NCBI GenBank assembly: GCA_033762115.1
Contig: JANRLX010000054.1
Location: 1 to 49,430, forward strand
Direction of reading: 5' to 3'
Source of the DNA: Verrucomicrobiota bacterium
GTDB taxonomy: Bacteria > Verrucomicrobiota > Verrucomicrobiia > Limisphaerales > SXQI01
Length of the DNA: 49,430 nt
Of the stretch, positions 9,705 to 18,313 are shown one piece after another (the stretch's first letter is position 1; each line of letters starts with the position of its first letter). A model generated the notes under the pieces. That model searched no databases. It had not been told where the DNA came from and was given only the letters and a program-made list of their open reading frames with translations. Both the position numbers and the translations under genes were made by a program.

Positions 9705-10880
9705 ATGGTCATTGATTCACCTCAAAGCCCTCCGCAATCCGTCCAGAGCATGGAATTCAAGGGACATCCACGAGTCATGATCAGTGGAGCGACCCTTGGG
9801 CTCGGGGGAATCCGCACTCACCTGACGCTGCTGTGCCAATTGCTGAGGAAACGGGGGGTGGAAGTCAGCCTGTTTGCCAATGGATCGGACTGGGACCAGG
9901 AGAGCCTCGCGCGAGTGAAAGCCATCGGCGTGAGACTGTTGCTTCCTCCCGCTGCGTTCCGGCAAACCAGAAAACTGGCTTCGCTCTACTCAAGTTTAAG
10001 CTGGCCGGTGCTGGTTCCCCACAAGGCGAATTCACTTTATTGCATCGGCGCAGGCCGCTCCCATCTGTTGCTGAATAAACTCCGGCCAAAACAGACCTTG
10101 AGCATCAATCATGAGATCGTCGAGCCGCCAGGCGCGGACAGTCTCGCCGGGCAATGCGCAGCAAACCTGGATTCGACCGTGGCCAATTCCAAAAAAGTCG
10201 CCCAGATCATGCACAATTTCTGGCCGCAAAAGCCAATCCGGGTGATTCCATTTTTAACGTCTGACCGCTCGGCGCCAATTCCTGAACCACGCGCTCCGGT
10301 CGGCGGAGGAATGCTCCGGGTTGTTTACCTGGGCCGATTGGTGGAGCAAAAGCGGCCGGATCAACTGGTACGACGATGGAGAGAAATCCGGCAGCATCCG
10401 GTGATGAACCCGGCCCGCCTGGATATTTACGGTTATGATCCCGCTGGGAAGATGAAGGCGGAAATGGAAGCCTGCATCGCCGCCAATCAGTTGAGTGACC
10501 AGGTCACATTGCATGGGGAGTACAAACTTTCCGATTTGCCACGCATCCTTGCAGAAAGTGATTTGGTGGTTCTCCCCAGTCTTTGGGAAGGATTACCGCT
10601 GGTGCTTGTGGAAGCGATGTTGAAGGGAGTGCCGTTTGTCGCGACCGCTGCGGGAGGAACTGAAGAACTGGGACTGAAAAATCCGGACGTGATCGTGACC
10701 AGCACGGAGTGGGAAGATTTCGAAAAAGGTTTGATCCAGATGGCAGAACGGCTCCGCGCCGGTTCGATTAACGCGCGAAGGCTTCATTCATGGGCGGAGG
10801 ATGGGTACGGCTACACGACAGTCTCCCGAAAGTGGCTCGAGTGCTTATGCAAACCCCGCTCCTTTTTTAATATCCAATGA
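9705..10880 (+). CDS. Glycosyltransferase family 4
   Basis: LGRLVEQKR and LPSLWEGLPLVLVEAM motifs. Confidence 0.9.
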   Translation: MVIDSPQSPPQSVQSMEFKGHPRVMISGATLGLGGIRTHLTLLCQLLRKRGVEVSLFANGSDWDQESLARVKAIGVRLLLPPAAFRQTRKLASLYSSLSWPVLVPHKANSLYCIGAGRSHLLLNKLRPKQTLSINHEIVEPPGADSLAGQCAANLDSTVANSKKVAQIMHNFWPQKPIRVIPFLTSDRSAPIPEPRAPVGGGMLRVVYLGRLVEQKRPDQLVRRWREIRQHPVMNPARLDIYGYDPAGKMKAEMEACIAANQLSDQVTLHGEYKLSDLPRILAESDLVVLPSLWEGLPLVLVEAMLKGVPFVATAAGGTEELGLKNPDVIVTSTEWEDFEKGLIQMAERLRAGSINARRLHSWAEDGYGYTTVSRKWLECLCKPRSFFNIQ

Positions 10881-12250
10881 TCGAGGTTGCCTTGTCAGCG
10901 CAGGTCCTGATTTGGCTGGTGGTCATTGGACTGTTTCTGGCCACCGGCCAGGCGTCTCTTTTTCATCCGGCCATTGTTTACCTGACATTTCATGGACTGG
11001 TCTTTGTTCTGCGGCCAATCCTCGTCCATAATTTCAGTTTCGACAGCAATTGGGAGTACATGCGGTTCAAACCGACGGACGAAAATTTCATTCGTACCTT
11101 GATGGTGACTTCCGTGGCGATGATTTGTTTTGTGACCGCCTGCACCTGGAAGGGGTGGACACGAACTGTTTTTTTAACCAAAGGATTTCCCACCTTCAGC
11201 CTGATGGAGCAAAGGGCGCTGGTCGTCACCACTTTGTTGCTGCTGCCGCTGGCCGCCTATTCCATTTATGCCACGCGAAACGGCATCAAAGGAGAGCGGG
11301 TGAACGGCATTTATATCCTGACGCAATCCACCGGGTATATCAACGAAGCCCAGCATTTTATTATGCCGATCTTGTGCGCATGGATGGTGGTGACGCGGTT
11401 TCACTGGCTGAATCTGTTTCCCACCCTGATCTACATCACTTATCGCGCATGGTTCGGCTGGTCGCGCTGGACGATCCTTCTTTTCATGTTGATGGTGACG
11501 TTGACCTATTGTTGGTATCACGGAAAAAAGTGGATTCCAGCATGGTCTGTGATCGTCGCGATTCCGATATTGATCCTGTTTAATATTCTCGGGCACAACC
11601 GCGACATTTTGAAGAATGTCTTTCTGGGGGAGGAAGTCCAGGTGGTGAGATATGACACGACCATGACCCCGGAGGAAAAATTGAAACTGCAACTGGATAC
11701 CCAGGATTACGCCAATTTTGATTACCTTTCCTACGTGGTTTCTGTCGTTCCGGAGCGGACCGGCACCTATTCGTTTGGTGCGCAATATCTTCAACTCTTT
11801 ACGGAACCGATCCCCCGCATTCTGTGGAAAGGAAAACCGGTCGGAGCGCCGGTCAAAACGATCAGTTTGGGCGCGTACGGGAATTTTGTCGGGTTGACCG
11901 TCAGTTTACCGGGGGATGGCTGGATCAGTGGCGGGTGGGTGGGGGTGGTATTGACCTTGTCACTGGCGGGGACGCTTCTCGGCTGGGCGCATCGAAAGTT
12001 CTGGACCCATAGCGACCATCGCATGGGATGCCTGCTTTATTTTGTGGCGCTTGCGATGGTGCCGCAATGGTATCGCGACGGCGGGATTTCGATTTCCAAA
12101 TTTCTTCTTTTCACAGTCACCCCGGTCATTATCTGGACCATTTTAAACTGGTTGCTTGGGCAGCGGTTTGTGCCCGGGCATTCGATCATCCTGCAGCCGG
12201 GGTCAAAAGTCAGGGTGATCAAGCCGGAACAACCGCTGGCAGTGAATTGA
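10877..12250 (+). CDS. wzy: Wzy-like O-antigen/EPS polymerase
   Basis: About 10 TM segments with a large loop containing 'PIPRILWKGKP'; located in a Wzx/GT cluster. Confidence 0.75.
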   Translation: MIEVALSAQVLIWLVVIGLFLATGQASLFHPAIVYLTFHGLVFVLRPILVHNFSFDSNWEYMRFKPTDENFIRTLMVTSVAMICFVTACTWKGWTRTVFLTKGFPTFSLMEQRALVVTTLLLLPLAAYSIYATRNGIKGERVNGIYILTQSTGYINEAQHFIMPILCAWMVVTRFHWLNLFPTLIYITYRAWFGWSRWTILLFMLMVTLTYCWYHGKKWIPAWSVIVAIPILILFNILGHNRDILKNVFLGEEVQVVRYDTTMTPEEKLKLQLDTQDYANFDYLSYVVSVVPERTGTYSFGAQYLQLFTEPIPRILWKGKPVGAPVKTISLGAYGNFVGLTVSLPGDGWISGGWVGVVLTLSLAGTLLGWAHRKFWTHSDHRMGCLLYFVALAMVPQWYRDGGISISKFLLFTVTPVIIWTILNWLLGQRFVPGHSIILQPGSKVRVIKPEQPLAVN

Positions 12251-12268
12251 CGGCCTTGTTTCGATTGA

Positions 12269-13543
12269 ATGAACCTTGCCAGCAGAAAAATCGGTATTCT
12301 TTGGGCGCAGTATGGGCCTTACCATTTTGCGCGGTTTTCCGCCTTCCAGAAATTAATTCACCCGGCGAAGCTCCATGCGATTGAAATGGCGAACCGTACC
12401 AGCTGGTACGAATGGAACCGGGGTCCCGCCGCTGTACAGGTCACCGCGTTGTGCCCGGACGGGGTTGCAGAGTCACTCCCTTTCGCAAAGGTCTTCCGGC
12501 AGGCGCGTAAAACCTTTTCTGATCTTAAGCTGGATGCCTGTTTTCTTCCCGGCTATGCGCCAAAGGAATCTCTCGCTGCATTGCTTGCCGCAAAATCCCT
12601 CGGCATCCGGACGATCATGATGAATGAAAGCCATGCCGGCACCGCTCGTTCCCGCGGGCTGAAGACCCTTCTGAAACGCTCTTTTGTAGGAATGTTCGAT
12701 ACCGCCCTGCTCGGGGGGCAGCCGCAAAAACGTTATTATACCTCCCTGGGAATGCGGCAGGATCGAATTTTTCTCGGCTACGATGCGGTGGATAATGATT
12801 ACTTCGCCATTCACGCCGCACAGGCGCGGGCAAATGCGGTTGAATTAAGAAAACAGTATCGATTGCCGGAACGGTATTTCCTGAGCCTGGGTCGTTTTAT
12901 TCAGAAAAAAAATCTTCCCGCTTTGATCAGTGCGTTTCATCGCTCGATCCACCCCGGCCATGAACTTCAGCCACACCTGGTAATGGTTGGATCGGGAGAG
13001 GAGGAGGAAGCGTTGCGAGCACTTTGTCAAAAGCTTCAACTGCCTGTGTATAACAAGGCTCCGGACAAGAAGGATCCGGTAATGGACGAATCCAGGCCGG
13101 GAGTTCATTTCTATGGCTTTCGGCAAGTCGAGGAAAACCCGGTTTTTTACGCGCTTGCGGAAACGTTTATCCTGCCCAGCCTTTATGAAGAGTGGGGATT
13201 GGTGGTCAACGAAGCGATGGCTTCAGGATTGCCGGTGATCGTAACCGAAACTGCGGGTTGCGCAGAAGATTTACTGGAACCGTTTCCTCCCGGCAGCCCG
13301 ATCCCTGCCCACCTTGAGCCCATTTTGGCCACTGTTAAAAACCGAACTCACATTCGCCGGAACGGTTTTGTTTTTGATCCGCAATCGGTCGAGGAATTGA
13401 GCGACTACCTGAAATTGTTCGCTGCAAACCCCACCCTGCGGGAGGTGATGGGCGCAGCCAGCAGTGAATTGGTGGAGCGTTGTTCCTGTCGAAATTTTGC
13501 GGAGAATGCCTCGCGCGCTGCTGAAGCGGCCATCGCGGTTTGA
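12269..13543 (+). CDS. Glycosyltransferase family 4
   Basis: GRFIQKKN and LPSLYEEWGLVVNEAMASGLP motifs. Confidence 0.9.
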   Translation: MNLASRKIGILWAQYGPYHFARFSAFQKLIHPAKLHAIEMANRTSWYEWNRGPAAVQVTALCPDGVAESLPFAKVFRQARKTFSDLKLDACFLPGYAPKESLAALLAAKSLGIRTIMMNESHAGTARSRGLKTLLKRSFVGMFDTALLGGQPQKRYYTSLGMRQDRIFLGYDAVDNDYFAIHAAQARANAVELRKQYRLPERYFLSLGRFIQKKNLPALISAFHRSIHPGHELQPHLVMVGSGEEEEALRALCQKLQLPVYNKAPDKKDPVMDESRPGVHFYGFRQVEENPVFYALAETFILPSLYEEWGLVVNEAMASGLPVIVTETAGCAEDLLEPFPPGSPIPAHLEPILATVKNRTHIRRNGFVFDPQSVEELSDYLKLFAANPTLREVMGAASSELVERCSCRNFAENASRAAEAAIAV

Positions 13544-13550
13544 AGGCACT

Positions 13551-14693
13551 ATGCGCCATCTACATTTCACACAATCACTTGAACCGCTCAATGGCGGCGG
13601 TCTTGGTTCCAGCACCGTATCGCTTCATCGCCAGATGAGACAGCAGGGAATCGCCTCCGTCCTTTGCGCAACCCATGGTGGAACCGCGCAAAATCTGGCT
13701 GAGGGGAGCTTTGAATTTCGCCGGATCAACCCTTATTTTATCTACTATTCTCCGGAAATGCGCCGTCGCGCCCCGGATCTGGTCAAAGGTGCGGATGTCG
13801 TTCACGGGCACGGTTTTTATACCGGAACAAATTATGTCATGGGAAGCGAGGCGCGGAAGCAGCGGAAACCGCTGGTTTATCATGTGCATGGGATGTTTGA
13901 GCCGTACATTTTAAGCCGCTCGCGCTGGAAAAAGCAGATTGTTCATACCCTTTTCGAGAATGATAACTTTCGTTACGTCCGTTTATGGAGGGCGTTGACC
14001 TCAAAGGAAGCGGACCAGATCAGGGGGTGCGGGTTAACCCAGCCAATTGTCGTGGCGCCAAACGGCATCAGCATGGCCACTTTGGAAAAGCCGGAAAACA
14101 TGTCGCAACCAATTGTGACTGAACTAGTTCCAGAACTTGAAAAAAGCAGGTTCCGAGCCTTGTTCCTCGGTCGAATCCATCCCAAGAAAGGACTGGATAT
14201 GTTGGTTCCGGCGTGGAGCAAACTTGGGGGAATTACAAAAGATTGGCAATTGATCATTGCAGGTCCTGATGAGCTGGGGCACATGGCTGAAATCAGGGAA
14301 TTGGTGCGATCTTTTGGACTTGAAGAGCAGGTTCTTTTTACCGGCGCGGTCAAGGGAGAAACCAGGTTACGCCTTCTCCATTCGGCTGATTTATTCATCC
14401 TTCCCTCCTATTCTGAAGGTTTTCCCATGGGCGTGCTGGAAGCGGCGGCCTGTTCAGTGCCGGTGGTGGCAACGAGCGCCTGTAACTTTCCTGATCTTTC
14501 CGCTGCAAACGCCGGTTGGGAGTGTGAAGCCACGGCGGATTCCTTGCTCCAAACGCTCGAAAAAGCCTTGAAATCTGAGGCTTCAGAACGTTTGTCGCGA
14601 GGGCGTAACGGACACCACCTGGTGAAGGGGAAATACACATGGGAGTCAGTGGTGGGCACTTTGACAGGAGCATGCGAAGAGGCATGCAGGTAA
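13551..14693 (+). CDS. Glycosyltransferase family 4
   Basis: LGRIHPKKG and LPSYSEGFPMGVLEA motifs. ATG at 13551 lies just after the previous stop. Confidence 0.9.
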   Translation: MRHLHFTQSLEPLNGGGLGSSTVSLHRQMRQQGIASVLCATHGGTAQNLAEGSFEFRRINPYFIYYSPEMRRRAPDLVKGADVVHGHGFYTGTNYVMGSEARKQRKPLVYHVHGMFEPYILSRSRWKKQIVHTLFENDNFRYVRLWRALTSKEADQIRGCGLTQPIVVAPNGISMATLEKPENMSQPIVTELVPELEKSRFRALFLGRIHPKKGLDMLVPAWSKLGGITKDWQLIIAGPDELGHMAEIRELVRSFGLEEQVLFTGAVKGETRLRLLHSADLFILPSYSEGFPMGVLEAAACSVPVVATSACNFPDLSAANAGWECEATADSLLQTLEKALKSEASERLSRGRNGHHLVKGKYTWESVVGTLTGACEEACR

Positions 14694-14749
14694 ACAATTT
14701 ACAATGAATTGCAAGATATTTTTGCAAGCTTTTTCCGGAGTTGAAAATC

Positions 14750-14773
14750 GATGTCCGCAACGTGGCGGACATC
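14750..14773. promoter_or_regulatory. Perfect 9-6-9 inverted repeat in the GT4-wcaF gap (operator or hairpin)
   Basis: GATGTCCGC-AACGTG-GCGGACATC. Confidence 0.45.
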
Positions 14774-14903
14774 CCCGAAAGAGTCTTAAAAGCTTAACGT
14801 TTCCGACACGGGTTTGTGCTTCCAATGCCGCAGGATGTTTCCACGCAATCCGGCGAACCCTGAAGCAGGGCTAGGATTGCAAACTAAAAACCATGACGAG
14901 CCT

Positions 14904-15575
14904 GTGAAGACAAACCATCAGCATACCCGGGTCCGCAATGATTTATTCAATCCCAAATCCGGATTGGATCGTGGTCGATCACGATCTGTTGAAGCCGTTT
15001 GGTATCTGATCAAGTGTCTGATCTTTTTATCGCCATTGCCATTTCCCTCCTCGATGAAGCGCACGATCCTGCGTTGGTTTGGTGCCAAAATTGGCAAGGG
15101 AGTTGTGATCAAGCCGCGGGTCAACATTCACCTGCCCTGGAAACTTTCGGTGGGTGATTTCACATGGATTGGGGAAGAGGTTTCGATCCTCAATTTTGAG
15201 CAGATCGCCATTGGTTCCCATTGCTGTGTGTCACAGCGGGCATTTCTTTGCGCGGGCAACCATGATTACAGCATCCCCAATATGTGCTATCGAAACGATC
15301 CCATCACTTTGCAGGATGGTGTCTGGGTGGGTGCCCAATCGTTTGTCGCTCCCGGGGTGACGATTTCCACAGATGCAGTGATTTCCGCCGGTTCGATTGT
15401 GACGCGCGACCAGCCTGCCGAAATGGTTTGCAGCGGCAATCCCTGCCTTCCGATCAAGAACCGCTGGACCGGACTCCCACTCCGTCGCCCATTGGCAGAA
15501 CCAATTCCGTTGACGCTGTCGGATTTGGAATGTGAGATCGAACGCGGCGATCTCCAGTTGGCAGAGAATGGCTGA
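14904..15575 (+). CDS. wcaF: WcaF-family polysaccharide O-acetyltransferase (hexapeptide repeat)
   Basis: LRWFGAKIGKGVVIKPRVNIHLPWKL, SQRAFLCAGNHDY and GNPC motifs. Start uncertain (GTG at 14904). Confidence 0.88.
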   Translation: MKTNHQHTRVRNDLFNPKSGLDRGRSRSVEAVWYLIKCLIFLSPLPFPSSMKRTILRWFGAKIGKGVVIKPRVNIHLPWKLSVGDFTWIGEEVSILNFEQIAIGSHCCVSQRAFLCAGNHDYSIPNMCYRNDPITLQDGVWVGAQSFVAPGVTISTDAVISAGSIVTRDQPAEMVCSGNPCLPIKNRWTGLPLRRPLAEPIPLTLSDLECEIERGDLQLAENG

Positions 15576-15634
15576 TCAGTTGAGAGGTCGCCATCATTAA
15601 CGCGACCCGGTTCGCCAGTTGAAGCGTTCTGTTC

Positions 15635-17278
15635 ATGAGTGAACTCAAATCCAGATTGCTACCCGTCCCAAGTATTCGGGGCGGTTCCGGCGTTTCATCC
15701 GCAGGAATGCCTTCAACATCCAACCCTGCAAAAGGCTCAAGCAGTGATTGGGTCCAGATGCTGAATAATGGTTTCGCATTTGCGCTGCTTGCGCTCGCGG
15801 CCTGCTGGCTTCTCCTTTTCGATGAATTGCGTGGTGAATGGGAAATCAACGAGCAGTATAATTTCGGCTGGGTCGTTCCTGTTCTCGGTGCGGCATTGCT
15901 TTATCAACGCTGGCCGGATCGCCCCTCGGCCAACCCGCCCAGCAGCAATTTGCCGGTAATGATTGTGGCTGGTGCGCTCCTTTTTTTGACGTTGCCATTT
16001 CGGATCATTATCGAGGCTAACCCGGAATGGAGAATGGTTTACTGGCTTCATGCGGGCCAGGTAATCGGTCTCAGTTGTTGCCTGCTTTATCGGTTGGGAG
16101 GGTGGAACTGGGTCAAATTTTTTATCCCCTCGTTTTTATTTATGCTGATCGCAATCCCCTGGCCAATGGGACTTGAAACGGCACTGATCCAGGGATTGAT
16201 GAAATTTGTGGCCGGATTAACGGTCGAGGCCGCTGGATGGCTTTCCATTCCCGCGGTGCAGCGAGGCAACCTGATCGAAGTGGGGGTCGGCGTTGTAGGC
16301 ATTGACGAAGCGTGCAGCGGGGTTAATTCACTACAGGCCGCATTGATGATCTCACTGTTCCTGGGAGAAATGCACCGCTTTGGATTCAAGGGACGCATTG
16401 GATTGCTGGTCGGATCGATACTTTTCGTCATCGCGGCAAACCTCACACGGACCACATTCCTCGTTTGGGCAGCGGCAAATCATGGCTTGAAGCAAATGGA
16501 AGCCTGGCATGATGCCGCTGGATGGATGGTCATGGTGGTGGTGCTGGCCGGGATGTTTGTTTTGGCCAATTGCACCAAGCCCCGGAACGTCGCTCAAACT
16601 GCGGGTTCCAGGGAAAAACCCATTCCATTCGGGGAGATCCCGCGGTGGGTGGGAATGGCCGTCCTGGGTTGGCTTGGTCTTGTGCTGGTGGTCACGGAAG
16701 GTTGGTACCGCGTTCACGAAAAAAATCTTCCGCCACGTCAAAGTTGGGCGGTGGCCTGGCCGACGGAGAATCCGGAATTCAAAACCACCAACATCCCGGA
16801 AAAGTCATTGGCCATCCTGCGTTGTTCAAAAAGCGAAGCAGCCGTCTGGCTCGATGATGAGAATAATCAATGGAGCGGCTTTTTGTTGCGTTGGGAACCG
16901 GGACGGAATTCCGCGCAACTGGCCAAAGGACATAGTCCGGAGATCTGTTTCCCAGCCGCTGGAGTCAAGATAGCTGAAGATTTTGGAACCATTCCGGTCA
17001 AGGCTCATGGGATTGAACTTCCATTTCGCCACATGACTTTTGAAAACGGCTCCACTTTATTGCATGTCTTCTACTGCCTCTGGTCGGACCGGAATTCTTC
17101 CGATTCGCGGCCAATCCTGGAGGACGGTTCCCAGGCCAGCCGCATCCAGGCTGTCCTTGCGGGAAAACGGAACCTTGGACAGCAGGTTTTGGAACTGGTG
17201 GTGCAAGGGCCGGAAAGCCGGGAAACCGCGATTGCCCTGCTGCAGGAAAAACTTCCTCAATTAATCAAGCCGCTGTAA
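15635..17278 (+). CDS. Exosortase family protein with C-terminal EpsI-like periplasmic domain
   Basis: Multi-TM with EACSG (Cys), ANLTR (Arg) and WHD (His) catalytic residues; C-terminal domain contains HSPEICF. Start may be further downstream. Confidence 0.85.
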   Translation: MSELKSRLLPVPSIRGGSGVSSAGMPSTSNPAKGSSSDWVQMLNNGFAFALLALAACWLLLFDELRGEWEINEQYNFGWVVPVLGAALLYQRWPDRPSANPPSSNLPVMIVAGALLFLTLPFRIIIEANPEWRMVYWLHAGQVIGLSCCLLYRLGGWNWVKFFIPSFLFMLIAIPWPMGLETALIQGLMKFVAGLTVEAAGWLSIPAVQRGNLIEVGVGVVGIDEACSGVNSLQAALMISLFLGEMHRFGFKGRIGLLVGSILFVIAANLTRTTFLVWAAANHGLKQMEAWHDAAGWMVMVVVLAGMFVLANCTKPRNVAQTAGSREKPIPFGEIPRWVGMAVLGWLGLVLVVTEGWYRVHEKNLPPRQSWAVAWPTENPEFKTTNIPEKSLAILRCSKSEAAVWLDDENNQWSGFLLRWEPGRNSAQLAKGHSPEICFPAAGVKIAEDFGTIPVKAHGIELPFRHMTFENGSTLLHVFYCLWSDRNSSDSRPILEDGSQASRIQAVLAGKRNLGQQVLELVVQGPESRETAIALLQEKLPQLIKPL

Positions 17279-17301
17279 TCCATTCTCTGTTTAGCATCGC
17301 C

Positions 17302-17335
17302 AAGCCCTCATCATTTGTGAGGGCTTTTTGTTTTT
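17302..17335 (+). terminator. Intrinsic terminator closing the polysaccharide locus
   Basis: AAGCCCTCA-7 nt loop-TGAGGGCTT followed by TTTGTTTTT. Confidence 0.8.
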
Positions 17336-17368
17336 CGTGCACCGCGATTTCGTGTTGAAACTTAGGCG

Positions 17369-17411
17369 TTGACCTTACTTTTGTGGCAGGTATGGTTAGG
17401 CAGATGCCTAA
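17369..17411 (+). promoter_or_regulatory. Promoter and operator of the ArsR-SRPBCC operon
   Basis: TTGACC-N16-TATGGT, plus perfect palindrome TTAGGCA-GA-TGCCTAA (17396-17411) overlapping the ATG at 17404. Confidence 0.65.
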
Positions 17412-17742
17412 TCAATCCACGCAGCTTGATCATGTCTTTCGGGCGCTGGGAGATCCCACCCGCAGGGCCGTGATCGAGCGATTGAGCAAGGGACCTGCCC
17501 CAGTCACGGAACTGGCGAAATCTTTCGACATGGCTCTTCCCTCGTTCATGCAGCATCTCGGAGTGCTCCGGGAAAGTGGATTGGTTACTTCCCGCAAAAC
17601 AGGTCGCGTGCGGACCTATCAACTGGCACCAAAGCCACTCCAATCCGCGGAGAGTTGGATGGCAACAAGGCGCCAGCATTGGGAACGGCGTTTGGATCAA
17701 CTGGATACCTATCTTCTCGAACTCAAGGAAAAATCAAAATGA
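17404..17742 (+). CDS. ArsR/SmtB-family transcriptional regulator
   Basis: [22 protein letters not shown] and GRVRTY motifs. Confidence 0.92.
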   Translation: MPNQSTQLDHVFRALGDPTRRAVIERLSKGPAPVTELAKSFDMALPSFMQHLGVLRESGLVTSRKTGRVRTYQLAPKPLQSAESWMATRRQHWERRLDQLDTYLLELKEKSK

Positions 17743-18239
17743 ATCAACTGAATAATCTTCAAATCGATCCGAAACTGGATCTTGTCCTGGAGCGTGTGGT
17801 GGATGTCCCGCCTGCATTGGTCTGGGCGGCATGGACCACACCGGAGCATTTAATGAAATGGTTCACGCCCAAACCATGGGACACTGTTGAATGTGAAATC
17901 GATCTGAGACCGGGCGGAAAATTTCGCACGGTGATGCGTTCACCGGAAGGAGAGAACTTCCCGAATATCGGCTGCTACCTGGAAATTATACCGGAGAAAA
18001 AACTGGTCTGGACGGATGCCTTGCTGCCGGGTTACCGGCCTGCGATCTCGCAGGAAGGCAGCTGTGGAATCACAGCGTTTACCGGGATGATCCTGTTGGA
18101 ACCGGAAGGGAAGGGCACGAAGTATACTGCTGTGGCGATTCATAAATCTGAGGAGGAACGGAAGAAACATGAGGAGATGGGATTTCACCAGGGTTGGGGT
18201 GCAGCGCTGGATCAACTGGTCGCCCTGTTCAAAAAGTAA
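17739..18239 (+). CDS. SRPBCC/AHSA1-family ligand-binding protein
   Basis: [21 protein letters not shown] and [10 protein letters not shown] motifs; ATGA overlap with arsR. Confidence 0.92.
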   Translation: MNQLNNLQIDPKLDLVLERVVDVPPALVWAAWTTPEHLMKWFTPKPWDTVECEIDLRPGGKFRTVMRSPEGENFPNIGCYLEIIPEKKLVWTDALLPGYRPAISQEGSCGITAFTGMILLEPEGKGTKYTAVAIHKSEEERKKHEEMGFHQGWGAALDQLVALFKK

Positions 18240-18313
18240 ATTTTTTACCGATCAAGGCTTTCTTCCTGTCCTGAAATGTTTCTACCCTGACAAGGACATT
18301 TAAGAGGTGTCTT

